A DNA stretch of 63,879 nucleotides, the filler included, from Octopus bimaculoides (lineage: Eukaryota): NCBI RefSeq assembly GCF_001194135.2. It is 4 parts of 3 records of this genome, joined end to end, with 100 filler letters (N's around TTAATTAATTAA, not from the genome) between each part and the next. Parts side by side here need not be neighbours in the genome. Positions count along the whole stretch, not along the records: positions 1 to 29,992 come from NC_068997.1; 3 more parts are not named here. One strand, 5' to 3'. The translations under genes and the position numbers were made by a program. Under the pieces are notes generated by a model. That model saw only the letters and a list, made by a program, of their open reading frames with translations. It ran no database searches and had not been told where the DNA came from. Of this stretch, positions 11,480-24,598 are shown piece after piece (the first letter of the stretch is position 1; each line of letters begins with the position of its first letter).

Positions 11480-11734
11480 ATAGTGAAAATATTAATAGAG
11501 ATGTTATTGTTTCACTTTCGACACGTAATACAGAAACTGTGTAGGAGATAAGAGATTGCTCAGGGCTTGCATTAGGCATGAAGTTGAAAGTTCTTTTGGC
11601 CCAAAACACTGCATGGACACTATGTAAAGCATGTATAAAATTTGAATGAAATCGGTTAGGTAGTTCTCAAGTTTTAATGATGCACACAGATAAACTGACA
11701 AACAGACACACATTCTCAGTTTTATATATATAGA
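11480..11734 (-). mobile_element. Short non-autonomous Helitron-like element (5' end on minus strand)
   Basis: Minus strand begins A|TCTATATATATAAAACTGAGAATGTGTGTCTGTTTGTC, resembling 5' ends of short Helitrons. The 3' CTRR end is not clearly seen. Confidence 0.5.
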
Positions 11735-13465
11735 TATAACTCGGGAAGGATCTTTATTGTTTTATCCCAAATAATTAACTAAACATAATAAACTCATTTT
11801 CGCCACAAAGAAATATGTCTCTCGAATCATGAGTACCATTAAATATGACAGAATCTCCAACTCCGAACGAAGCAGCCTCTGTAGAGAATTTACGAAATTT
11901 TGAAAATACTTTCACAAACTATGCCAAACATGAACACTTTTAAATAATCCAGAAAAACAACACTAATAGCAGCAACAACATCACAAACAACAATAGAGCA
12001 GAATTGATTTAAAAAATAAATGCTTTGCACATAAAATTTAAATGTTATAAATATAACACAAAGAACACGAAAATTCTGTAGAGTACAAACAGCATTAAAA
12101 ACACATTTATGGAACGAATAGGTTTTATCATGAGCACATTCTTATTACCAGGACGCATATTTATTACCAGGACACCACAGATCCATCATTTCAAATTCTA
12201 CTCGATTCAGACAAAACAAACATTTTTATAACGGAAAAGTATTATAATACACTTAAAAACTAGCACTGAAATAAATAGCACTCCCAAATTATTATGGAAC
12301 GACAATTATTAAATTCTCTTTGTGAAATAACGCCATGTATGTAAAAGATTAAAAAAAAATATTGACAGATTTGTCAATAACATGTCATTAGAATTTTAAA
12401 ATATATTTCATGGAAGGTATACTACGTAATCGTCGTAGTACACACTATTAAGGACAAGGGGAGGAGGTATCGATCTAATTATATATTTAAATGAATCCTA
12501 AATGTTCCCATTCTATGAAAAATGTGCCATAATCATGCCAAAAATTGAACGATATAGATATTCGAAGTATTTTAACATTTGTCTTTGTACTTTGCTAACA
12601 TGTATTCTGTAAATAGAGTTTTTACGTAACCAAATCTAATCAACAATAGCTCTACCAGTCTACCTTGACCTATATACATTACAGGAAGACTTCATCTCTA
12701 AGAAGGATGCTTTAATTTCGAAGACTCTCGGGGATAAGCTATTTAAGTTTGCATGGTGATCTCAATACGATAAAGATATTCTTGTCCAGACGTTTGAAGA
12801 GATGTATAGTTGTCATGAAAGATTTGTAACAGACGGTGTGATAAAACTTATGATACAGTACTTAATAACTGTTTATCTCTATAGTAATATTACAAGACAC
12901 CAGTGATTGTAAAGAATCTTTTGTTAGCCTCATCGATCCCACAAAACATCGAGGATTAGGAATATGAGTAAAAATAGTTGAGCATGGGTAAACAATTCAA
13001 TTTTTTGATGTTGCATTCTTCCATGGGTACTAATGTCATAATTCTCTGTGTCTTACAACCAACTAAACACTACACAAGCGAAGAATAACATACTTGCTAT
13101 CAGCTTTCCGACAGTCTCAAGTGAAGAGTTATATTTGGTGTGGGATACTCTTTCGTCAAAATGATGGTGCAAGGGAAAATCCATAGCAATCTATGTGTGC
13201 CATAGTTGCATACATCTGTCACATCCAACAATAGTAGATACAGTTTCCTTGACTGCTATAGTAAGCTATACGTGCCATATTTCCAGAAATTATCCCAAAA
13301 TTGTTAATACCTGTCCGAGTTTTCAATAAACACCATACTTAATTAACGTAGGGCATAGCTCATCAACGACTACTTTAAATAGTTATTTACCAATATCTAC
13401 CAGAGTTATCAACGTCCACCTACTTACAATGGTTACCATTATCTACTATAGCTACCAATAGCTGT

Positions 13466-13524
13466 CATAGTTCCCTATATCCGCATAGTCCCTATATCCG
13501 CATAGTCCCTATATCCGCATAGTC
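13466..13524. repeat. 17-bp minisatellite, ~3.4 copies
   Basis: Unit catagtccctatatccg. Confidence 0.9.
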
Positions 13525-14282
13525 ACATAATTACGAAGACGTTTAATGTAGTCACCACTATCTGCTACACTTATCGTTGTATGACAGTTAGAATATGTCA
13601 TAGTTAACAATGCCTTATATTACCAGCCATGTTCATCAGTGACTGTTGTACCTATATCTGCAATAGTTACTAATGTTTGATTGAAAACAAGAATAACCCT
13701 GGAGTTTAAAAAAATTTAAGATGGTCTTCATTAGAATGTCAGCCAATTCGTTTTACTTAATGAATTTTTTTCGAGGTTATTCTTAGAAAATACAAATATT
13801 TCTAATAATTGCAGCATTTCCCCGAAGTTATTCTAAACATATAATAAAACACAGTAAAAGATAATTTCTTAGACTCTGTGACAGAAACAAACATTTGTTC
13901 TGTAGAGGAAATCTCAGTTAAACAACAAAGCCTCATCCTATCTCCTCCAAACCCCCAAATTTATATTATAATAGTTAAACATTTGATAGCTAATCTCTTG
14001 ATCAGGTTCCTCGAGTCCAACCACATTCCAACTCGAGCACCTGACTTGGACTTCGTTCCGTAAGTGCATCAACATGAAATGAATAAAGCATGATATTCCA
14101 AAGGAGCACCCCGGTTATATGGGATATTACATTGATGGTAATTAGTTTTACGTGAAATCACTCGTAAAACTATTCCATGTGCAGCAATATAGTCACTAAT
14201 CGCAAATAATTTACGACGCAAACGTCCAAAGACGACGTCCGTAACAAAGACAATTACGATAACGAAGAATGCTACAGTATCG

Positions 14283-14460
14283 TCATCATCATCATCATCA
14301 TAATCATCATCGTCATCATCATCAACAACAACAATAACAACAACAACAACAACAACAGTAGCAACAAGGACAACAACAACCACAATAACAGCAACAACAA
14401 CAGCGACAAAAGCAAAAGCAGCAGCAACAACAGCAACATCGATGTCAGTAATAAAAACAA
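14283..14460. repeat. Compound (CAT)n-(CAA)n-(CAG)n repeat
   Basis: Direct reading. Confidence 0.9.
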
Positions 14461-15789
14461 CAATTTCATTCCATCGCTGATTCTTGTCTTTCGTGTTGTT
14501 GATCCAGATGTGCTGCTCATTCTTGTTGTCTCAGAAATGGTATCACAACTTGCCCCCGTCTTTTCCCCTCAAGCTTCATAAACTATCGGGGTCGGACATA
14601 AAAAGAAAAAGCTGATGGTTGTCCTCCACTACAACATCATCATCCGGAACGAACACTGCCATAAATCCATCAGTAATTCTGCATATCTTAATACAATATA
14701 CACATATAAAGCTATATACGTCTACAAAAAGAGAGAAGCCTAGGCTCATGCGCGCAATAATACATGCTTTTCGCCGATTTGCCATCAGAAGATAGTTTCC
14801 ACACACACAAACACGGACAGACAGACATAGACACCGACACCGACACAGACACACACACACAGACACACACACACACACACACACAGAGTAAGACAGACCT
14901 ATATATGCATGAATGTACGAGTGTGGATGCACTATATATGCGTCTGTAAATATATATCTTTCATCTTTTANNNNNNNNNNNNNNNNNNNNNNNNNNNNNN
15001 NNNNNNNNNNNNNNNNNNNNNNNNNNNNNNNNNNNNNNNNNNNNNNNNNNNNNNNNNNNNNNNNNNNNNNNNNNNNNNNNNNNNNNNNNNNNNNNNNNNN
15101 NNNNNNNNNNNNNNNNNNNNNNNNNNNNNNNNNNNNNNNNNNNNNNNNNNNNNNNNNNNNNNNNNNNNNNNNNNNNNNNNNNNNNNNNNNNNNNNNNNNN
15201 NNNNNNNNNNNNNNNNNNNNNNNNNNNNNNNNNNNNNNNNNNNNNNNNNNNNNNNNNNNNNNNNNNNNNNNNNNNNNNNNNNNNNNNNNNNNNNNNNNNN
15301 NNNNNNNNNNNNNNNNNNNNNNNNNNNNNNNNNNNNNNNNNNNNNNNNNNNNNNNNNNNNNNNNNNNNNNNNNNNNNNNNNNNNNNNNNNNNNNNNNNNN
15401 NNNNNNNNNNNNNNNNNNNNNNNNNNNNNNNNNNNNNNNNNNNNNNNNNNNNNNNNNNNNNNNNNNNNNNNNNNNNNNNNNNNNNNNNNNNNNNNNNNNN
15501 NNNNNNNNNNNNNNNNNNNNNNNNNNNNNNNNNATATATATATATATATATATAAGGAGTGGATATTCAAATGTGAATATTTATATAAATATTATTGTTA
15601 TTGTCATCTGCGGTAAATATAAATAATCGATAATGATAACAATAATATAGGTTGTTGCAGACATTAAATAACGTTAGATAGCTATAGAATTTAAATATAT
15701 ATGTATCAAAAGGGCACACGAGGTGCCTACCTGCTAGAAATAGGAGCTAAAGCCCCAGTAATATATATATGTGTGTGTGTGTGTGTATA

Positions 15790-16679
15790 CAGGGTGTCCC
15801 CAAAACTTTGATATCATTTGAGATGCCCATATCGGAGTGACTACATGGTCAAGAGAAATGAAACTTAATAGGCTTAATTTTGAATATAACAAATTTTATT
15901 CTACAGATTTCCAACGAAAGCTTCTGTGAGATAATAATTTTATAATGTTATAAAGTTATCACGGTTCTTTGAGATAGCGCAGAACACATTCACTTGTGGT
16001 GAGTCCCTTTCGTGTCATGTGGATTTTCTTCGCCCCAAATGCGAACATTCTGTTTCTTCACTTTGCCATTCCTATGGAATGTAGCCTCGTCGTTGAAAAC
16101 AAGACGGTTTTCAAAGTCGTCATCTTCAAGTTTTTCTTGGATATCTTACAGAATGTTTTACGCTTTTGCTTGTCAACCGGTTTTAAAGCCTACACAAGCT
16201 AAAGCTTGCAGGGTTTCAGCCGCAAGCGTTTTCTTATGACACGCCAAACAGTTTCCAGGCTTGATCTTCGCACAGATTTCTTTGGACTCCGAATAAGCGT
16301 TTCCCGTAGGTAGTTCACCATCTCTTCTGAAACTACTGGCTGTCAAGATCCTTTTTTTTCCGACACAAATAATCTTCCTCTTGAAACTTCTTATGTTACG
16401 ACTAAATCTGCTTCCCTGTTGGCGCTTGTTTATGAAATCTTCTAACAAATACACGCTGCATATTCATATTTAACTGAGTTTGGGCGTACTTCGATACACA
16501 AAACTCCTTTTCTTTTGCAGTAAATGGGATGTCTGATCCCGAAAAGAAAAACATACGAACGATCATATTTAAAAAATGTATTGAATTCTGGACATACTGC
16601 TAAAGTTTGAGACAATTTGGACGACAATTGGTCACGTTATTTGGTGATGAAAAGATATCAAAGTTTTGGGGAGACCCTG
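15790..16679 (-). mobile_element. Tc1/mariner superfamily element (maT/DD37D-like), internally deleted, intact TIRs
   Basis: 26-bp TIRs cagggtgtccccaaaactttgatatc / gatatcaaagttttggggagaccctg (1 mismatch), TA TSD. Minus-strand decayed transposase: PFTAKEKEFCV..RSPKKSVRR..RKRLRLKP..LVFNDEATFHRNGKVKKQNVRIWGEENPH; truncated after the first catalytic D. Confidence 0.9.
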
Positions 16680-16691
16680 TATATGTATAAA

Positions 16692-16755
<64 letters not shown>

Positions 16756-16758
16756 TAT

Positions 16759-17550
16759 ATGTGAGCTGTATATGTATGTACACAAATACACCCTCCTGTC
16801 CGTCAAACACATCTACACCTATAGATAAAAAAACGTATATACATACATGTATGTATGAAGGAAGGAGACAAGTAAAACAGGTAGAATTTTACACTCGTAT
16901 ATATATATATAATCATTCATACACATGTATATATGCACGCACATACACATTTGATATATACTACATGCGTATATAGTTACACAATTATAAGTGGTGAAAA
17001 ATAATATGCAGAAAAAATATATAAAGCAATAAAATATATATAAGAAATATATAAGAAGTGTTAAGACATATGAAAGGCTTGTACGTGGACATAATATAAA
17101 AAGCAGGTTCTATCTGTGATCTTGGGCGGGGGGTTAAAAAACGTAGCAAATCTTTTGCCATATGTGGACATGACCCAAAAAGTTCAGTTCTTGAATTTAG
17201 ACATGTAACAGGGTCTAAAGAACTTTTCCATATGAGCCATCTTTCCATATCGCAAAGACCACACTTTCCACTGCCGTTGGTGTAAGGCTTACACTTGGCC
17301 AAGAACTTCCAGTGACTCTTGTAGCTGACACCTTTTTTTATTTAAGGACCATATATTACTGGATAATTTGGTTGTTTTCCTTTTATCCCAGGGTCTGAAG
17401 CTGTATATATACGAGTGTAAGACACTACCTGTTTTACTTGTTTCCTTCCTTCATACATATATGTATGTATATACGTTTTTATATCTATAGGTGTAGATGT
17501 GTTTGACAGACAGGAGGGTATATTTGTGGACATACATATACAGCTCACAT
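16759..17550. mobile_element. Composite foldback: ~147-bp inverted arms (16759-16905, 17404-17550) enclosing a Penelope fragment
   Basis: atgtgagctgtata..acaccctcctgtc..gtaaaacaggtag..acactcgtatata is mirrored at 17404-17550. Confidence 0.8.
17000..17340 (-). mobile_element. Penelope-like element ORF C-terminus (end of GIY-YIG domain) and 3' UTR
   Basis: LAKCKPYTNGSGKCGLCDMERWLIWKSSLDPVTCLNSRTELFGSCPH resembles the CxLCxxE..LNxRxEL..CxH end of Penelope endonucleases. Confidence 0.72.
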
Positions 17551-17788
17551 GTATATTCAAGTGTTGCGGCGAATGCGAATGTTTTACGGCTTATGTTTTT
17601 GCATATGTGTTTTTATTTGTATATACGTCTATCCGCATATGTACGTCCATGTGCGTATAGAGATGTGTACATGAACATAATAATGCGTGCATGGGTATAT
17701 ATACGTGTGTATGCGTGTATTGTATGTATGTTTACATATGTATAGACATATATATATATGTTTGTATGTATATGTGCACGCGTGTGAG

Positions 17789-17827
<39 letters not shown>

Positions 17828-18348
17828 NNNNNNNNNNNNNNNNNNNNNNNNNNNNNNNNNNNNNNNNNNNNNNNNNNNNNNNNNNNNNNNNNNNNNNNNN
17901 NNNNNNNNNNNNNNNNNNNNNNNNNNNNNNNNNNNNNNNNNNNNNNNNNNNNNNNNNNNNNNNNNNNNNNNNNNNNNNNNNNNNNNNNNNNNNNNNNNNN
18001 NNNNNNNNNNNNNNNNNNNNNNNNNNNNNNNNNNNNNNNNNNNNNNNNNNNNNNNNNNNNNNNNNNNNNNNNNNNNNNNNNNNNNNNNNNNNNNNNNNNN
18101 NNNNNNNNNNNNNNNNNNNNNNNNNNNNNNNNNNNNNNNNNNNNNNNNNNNNNNNNNNNNNNNNNNNNNNNNNNNNNNNNNNNNNNNNNNNNNNNNNNNN
18201 NNNNNNNNNNNNNNNNNNNNNNNNNNNNNNNNNNNNNNNNNNNNNNNNNNNNNNNNNNNNNNNNNNNNNNNNNNNNNNNNNNNNNNNNNNNNNNNNNNNN
18301 NNNNNNNNNNNNNNNNNNNNNNNNNNNNNNNNNNNNNNNNNNNNNNNN

Positions 18349-18384
<36 letters not shown>

Positions 18385-18731
18385 CGAACACAGGAAGTTG
18401 GTAAAAATCTGTTGGCACTGTTTGTTCACCCTTACACATGTTTCATTTAGTAATAAGAGTGACAAAGTTGTACATATTGGACAAACATATAAGATATTTC
18501 TTATTAGAAATTCTTTAGAGATAGACTCAAATACAAAATTTACATTTGGATGAAGCGTTTATATATATAGTTAGTAAACAGGAGTAGTATATGTAGTTGG
18601 GAGAAAGAATAAAGTGAAAATGAAGAAGTAAAGGAAGTGGCGAAAGAATTAGATATATATACATACATAGATATAGATATGCATATGTATGAGCGCGCAT
18701 GCACACATACACACATTCACACACACACACA

Positions 18732-18851
18732 ATGCTTTGGTCTCACCGTTACTATACTAGAAGACACTTGCCCAAGGTTTAACGCTGTCGGAGTGAACCC
18801 GAAACCATGTGGCTAGGGAGCAAACTTCTTACTACACAGCTATGACTGCAC
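18732..18851 (-). mobile_element. SINE family S1, tRNA-like head
   Basis: Reverse complement of gtgcag.catggctgtgtggtaagaag..ccacatggtt.cgggttca..ccttgggcaagtgtcttcta. Confidence 0.8.
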
Positions 18852-18885
18852 ATATGTATGTATGTATGTATGTATGTATTATATA

Positions 18886-19305
18886 TAAGATGAGAAAATA
18901 GAGCGATAGTTAATAAATTATAATTTATCATTTAACAAAATGACAAATATCTCTTACAGCTGTTTTAATTCAGACCCTCAGAAAATTACTTAATTAAATT
19001 AAAAATTGAAAATTATTTGAAAGTCGAATCTCTTCAGAGGTAAAGATATACAAAATAGTTGTCCAATTCGTGCATGTTGAGTAAACTGCTGCAAACCATT
19101 TTTCAGCCGTTTACTCAACATGCAAGAATTGGACAACTATTTTATATATTTTTATCTACCTCTGAAGAGATTCGACTTTCAAATAATTTTTAATTTAATT
19201 AATTAATTTTCTGAGGGCTGAATTGAAACAACTGTAAGGGATGTGTGTCATTTTGTTAATTGATAAATAATAATTTATTAATTAACTCTCTATTTTCTCA
19301 TCTTA
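18886..19305. mobile_element. 420-bp whole-length palindrome (foldback MITE-like)
   Basis: Arms 18886-19086 and 19109-19305 are reverse complements with roughly 9 in 10 positions matching; ~22-nt loop; TA-rich flanks. Confidence 0.9.
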
Positions 19306-20740
19306 TTATTATAATAGATATATATATATATAAACCACGGTTTATATAGTTACCTTGCAGTTGAGTATTAAATATAATGTTCAATATTCTTTGTATCGGT
19401 AACTAACCAGTACTTTCATAGGATTTTGCTATCCGTTAATGAAGTTTGTAACCTTTAATTGTGCTTATATATATATATATATNNNNNNNNNNNNNNNNNN
19501 NNNNNNNNNNNNNNNNNNNNNNNNNNNNNNNNNNNNNNNNNNNNNNNNNNNNNNNNNNNNNNNNNNNNNNNNNNNNNNNNNNNNNNNNNNNNNNNNNNNN
19601 NNNNNNNNNNNNNNNNNNNNNNNNNNNNNNNNNNNNNNNNNNNNNNNNNNNNNNNNNNNNNNNNNNNNNNNNNNNNNNNNNNNNNNNNNNNNNNNNNNNN
19701 NNNNNNNNNNNNNNNNNNNNNNNNNNNNNNNNNNNNNNNNNNNNNNNNNNNNNNNNNNNNNNNNNNNNNNNNNNNNNNNNNNNNNNNNNNNNNNNNNNNN
19801 NNNNNNNNNNNNNNNNNNNNNNNNNNNNNNNNNNNNNNNNNNNNNNNNNNNNNNNNNNNNNNNNNNNNNNNNNNNNNNNNNNNNNNNNNNNNNNNNNNNN
19901 NNNNNNNNNNNNNNNNNNNNNNNNNNNNNNNNNNNNNNNNNNNNNNNNNNNNNNNNNNNNNNNNNNNNNNNNNNNNNNNNNNNNNNNNNNNNNNNNNNNN
20001 NNNNNNNNNNNNNNNNNNNNNNNNNNNNNNNNNNNNNNNNNNNNNNNNNNNNNNNNNNNNNNNNNNNNNNNNNNNNNNNNNNNNNNNNNNNNNNNNNNNN
20101 NNNNNNNNNNNNNNNNNNNNNNNNNNNNNNNNNNNNNNNNNNNNNNNNNNNNNNNNNNNNNNNNNNNNNNNNNNNNNNNNNNNNNNNNNNNNNNNNNNNN
20201 NNNNNNNNNNNNNNNNNNNNNNNNNNNNNNNNNNNNNNNNNNNNNNNNNNNNNNNNNNNNNNNNNNNNNNNNNNNNNNNNNNNNNNNNNNNNNNNNNNNN
20301 TATATATATATATATTCTTACAGTGTAATATATATAGTAATAATTCTATATTCGAGTACACACCTTGTAGTATGCTGTTTAAAGCCCATCCATAGTATTC
20401 GACTACCACTGTACTTTATGAATTCCTTTTGTCCGTAGAGTATATACATTATAACACAGTTCCTCGTGAAAACGGATAATATGCTGCATTAACCAAAATG
20501 TATTGCTATAGAAATAAGCGAAACGGTCAGTAAAAAGCGAGGTACTTTTTGAAAAGTCATCTGAGGAGACGCATCTGCGCCTATAATGAATGACAACTGA
20601 TTGCACAGCCTCTCACCTGTAAGATAGCCGTGCATGATGGGTTGAAACGATTGTACTGGTCCTGAATAAACTGTCACGTGAATTCCATATTCTGACTCAA
20701 ATTTTTATACAAACGCATATATATGCATGTATATATTATG

Positions 20741-20775
<35 letters not shown>

Positions 20776-20819
20776 TATAATTATATACATATACATGTTT
20801 ATACACATGTACGCGCGCG

Positions 20820-20858
<39 letters not shown>

Positions 20859-21098
20859 TGCACATAGGCTCATACAAATATTCCTGCAGAATCTGAAGAT
20901 GAGCCAAATGATATTCTACAGATATGCGCTCTCATTGTAAGTATACATACGTAAATTTATGTTCATAGATTTTAAATATATGCATACATATATATATATA
21001 TACAGATATATACAAATATGCATGCATATATACGTACATTCATACATATATACATACATACATTCAACCATACATACATACATACATGCATACATGCA

Positions 21099-21129
<31 letters not shown>

Positions 21130-21735
21130 GCGTGCCTCCAAAATTTGCTTGTGTGTGTGTGTGCATAGATGTGTATTCTTAGCTGTAACATACTGGAAAT
21201 ATTTCTATCAGATTCAATGAATTTTCGAACAGGACGAGCATTTGACATAACCTTTCGTGGAAGAATTTAATTTAGTAGAACGTCTGACCAAGATTTGCAT
21301 GAATAAACGACCTCCAAAAGCTACCTGTATTCATGTATGCTTTATATCTAAAACACTCTCCATTTGATATGTATATAACCAAACTTAAATGTGTAAATAA
21401 ATGCATGCATAAGATGTATACATGCATATATATATATATANNNNNNNNNNNNNNNNNNNNNNNNNNNNNNNNNNNNNNNNNNNNNNNNNNNNNNNNNNNN
21501 NNNNNNNNNNNNNNNNNNNNNNNNNNNNNNNNNNNNNNNNNNNNNNNNNNNNNNNNNNNNNNNNNNNNNNNNNNNNNNNNNNNNNNNNNNNNNNNNNNNN
21601 NNNNNNNNNNNNNNNNNNNNNNNNNNNNNNNNNNNNNNNNNNNNNNNNNNNNNNNNNNNNNNNNNNNNNNNNNNNNNNNNNNNNNNNNNNNNNNNNNNNN
21701 NNNNNNNNNNNNNNNNNNNNNNNNNNNNNNNNNNN

Positions 21736-21768
<33 letters not shown>

Positions 21769-22660
21769 CTGTGTCTGTGTGAGTGCATCTGTGTTTGTAT
21801 GTATATAAATACATCTCAAATCTTAACGTTCTGATTTGCCCATTCTCGATCTGTGATTGATAAATAAATAAGAAACACAGCGTGATGGATAGGTAGAACG
21901 TTATAACATCGAAGGTGGTGCCTTACGGAAAGAGATGCTTGTTTCTCTTCTTTGCACTCTGAGCTCAAATTCCACCTCCTATCACTGGAAAACAAATCTT
22001 ATAAAAGGTTTCGAAAGTTCTAAGCAAGTGATCAAGTATTTTAGAACACTAGTTGATTGGACAAAATGCAATATTTGAAGTAGAGTCATATACCGCTAAA
22101 ATACTATATTTTACTGGATAACTGAAACCTCAGAAATCCTTATTTCAAATTTCTCTTTCCAGGCTTTTGAACAATACTAAGAAGAATAGTAACACGAGAA
22201 AAACATTTAAAAAACATATAGAGGAGATATTTAAATATCTAAGCAAATTTGACCGGTTAAGACGAAAACAAAAAGATACTTTTAAAGATTCAAAACTGCA
22301 CAGATAATTGAATATGGAACTGTACCAGATTAATTATTTCACTAAAAATATTTCCATGCCATTTGAAAGAAACTGTCTGAAATGCTAAATCTAGAAATCG
22401 TAAGACTTCGTAAGGAATAAGAGATAGCATGATTACTTTTTGACCAAGGCCCAAGTAGCAATCATGCAGAAAAGTACTGCTGATTAATACATTTAACCTA
22501 GAAGACTAGAACTCAATATAGATCGGCAACAGACAATTTAGGCTCACGAACAATTTTTCTAGTAATCCTTAAATACAAACTAATTAACCCCTAAACATCT
22601 AAATTCACAAGTAGCTACCCAGTATGTTCAAGATTTAATTATACTTTGATTTATATATAT

Positions 22661-22945
22661 ATGGCACTCTGTCGCTTACAAGGATTCCACTTGACCCAAT
22701 CAACAAAACGACCTCTTCGTGAAATTCACGTGCAAATTACTGAGCACTCCACAGAAACGCGTGCCTTTAACGGAGTTCTCATGGAGATTCTGCTTGACAC
22801 AAAATGTGACAAGGCTGGCCCTTTGAAAATACATTTATCGCTCATTCTTGTCAACTGAGTGAAATGGAACAACGTGATATAAAGTGTGTTGCTCAAGGAC
22901 ACAATGCGCCGCCAAGAATTGAACGCGCGACCTTACGATCGTGAG
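22661..22945 (-). mobile_element. tRNA-derived SINE (decayed)
   Basis: Shares ccagccttgtcaca and cgtgaaattaacgtgc motifs with the copies at 29718 and 55115; remnant head near 22900-22945. Confidence 0.7.
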
Positions 22946-23222
22946 AATATATATATATATATATATATANNNNNNNNNNNNNNNNNNNNNNNNNNNNNNN
23001 NNNNNNNNNNNNNNNNNNNNNNNNNNNNNNNNNNNNNNNNNNNNNNNNNNNNNNNNNNNNNNNNNNNNNNNNNNNNNNNNNNNNNNNNNNNNNNNNNNNN
23101 NNNNNNNNNNNNNNNNNNNNNNNNNNNNNNNNNNNNNNNNNNNNNNNNNNNNNNNNNNNNNNNNNNNNNNNNNNNNNNNNNNNNNNNNNNNNNNNNNNNN
23201 NNNNNNNNNNNNNTATATATAA

Positions 23223-23420
23223 CTCTTTTACTTGTTGCAGTCATTTCACTACAGTCATGAAGGATTTTAGTCGAACAAATCAACCTCAGGACTGATTTCT
23301 AAAGCTTTGTATTCATTCTATCGGTCTTTTTGCTGAACAACTATGTTACGAGGACATAAACACACCAACACCGGTTGTCAAGCGGTGATGGGGAAACAAA
23401 CACAGACACAAAGACTCACA
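23223..23420 (-). mobile_element. SINE family S1, 3' half
   Basis: Homology to the other S1 copies. Confidence 0.8.
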
Positions 23421-23429
23421 CTAGTGAAA

Positions 23430-24400
23430 CACAACACAGCGTGAGGTTGTCATGGTAACAAGCTGCTAATGCTACACTGTCTGTTGACTGGTTAAATTAC
23501 CCAAATTTCCCAACTTTAATTTCAAATAACATCAGAAGTACCCACCATCACTAACTAATATAAGGCTTTCAACGTGCCCTACAACTCAACATCCATGAAC
23601 TCAGACTTCCCAAATTAAAGAAGGACTTACAATCAAAAGCCCTACCATACATCTCCACACACAACAACCTTAACAATGAAGCCTTCGACACCATCCTCTA
23701 TTAAAAAGGGACCAGAGAATGAATCTAATTCTGCAAACACACATCATCATAAAGAGCGAAATACAACCCAAGTCAATAATAAGTCTCCTAACACAAGCCC
23801 ATGTACACTCGGCAACAACATTGAAGCCGTTAGTAAAAAATATGAGGAAGACCTAACTGTGGTATATGCATCAACCTGATTTGAGGGATCAGAGTTCTCT
23901 TTCAAACAAAGTCAACGTTTTACAGTGAAAAACAACTTCACATGTGCTTCGGAAAACCTAATATCTGTATTAACTTGCACAGGGTGTCGAGAGCAATACA
24001 TAAGCCAAACCAAAGACAGTTTATGCCAAAGGATGACCCTACACAGATCCCAGATTAAAATTCGGGAATATAGAAAAATAGCATTTAGCGAACACATCGA
24101 CATTTGCGCCACTTACGAACAACCCAAATTCAGATTTTTTCCCATCTATAAATTCCGGGACGATGCAACCTATATTAAGCGCATTAGCAAAGAGTCATAT
24201 TTTATAGCAAGATATAAACCCCTTTTGAATGTTTCCACCACAAATAACACTACTAAAAGGGCCTTAGAATAATACCCACGCAAATATTAAAAACGATTTA
24301 TTCAGGACAATCATTACCCATGAATTTATTCAGAACAGTTCCAATCTCTACTACTATAAACGCAAAAGGTCATTTTTAGGTCACTTGACCATTTAAGGAG
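23430..24400 (+). mobile_element. Penelope-like element 3' portion with GIY-YIG endonuclease (ORF 23925-24272)
   Basis: QKYPPSLTNI linker; FTCASENLISVLTCTGCREQYISQTKDSLCQRMTLHRSQIK..FSEHI..KRISKESYFIARYKPLLN. GIY/YIG positions are mutated (ISV, YIS). Confidence 0.85.
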
Positions 24401-24449
24401 ACTCTAGCAACAGCCTACTTCTGTCATACCACTCGCGTCTTTTTCTTAT

Positions 24450-24598
<149 letters not shown>

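Noticed and set aside
12400-13300. Possible very old Penelope reverse transcriptase relic (KQFNF-DV, NGYS-like words)
   Set aside because: Too many stops and frameshifts; no intact YxDD-type motif could be read.
13466-13524. Short direct repeats considered as a CRISPR-like array (also 55552-55745)
   Set aside because: Eukaryotic context, no unique spacers between identical repeats, no cas genes.
14069-14520. Poly-V/D/L/M and poly-S/Y/N ORFs (also 7159, 24393, 27034, 32160, 33221)
   Set aside because: They are trinucleotide microsatellites with no splice or homology support.
18380-18553. KVVHIGQTYK.F..R resembling a GIY-YIG YIGQT motif
   Set aside because: It is a single short motif with no supporting downstream residues.
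19160-19185. CTGAAGA inside the 420-bp palindrome as a hammerhead core
   Set aside because: No stem II followed by GAAA in the correct register.
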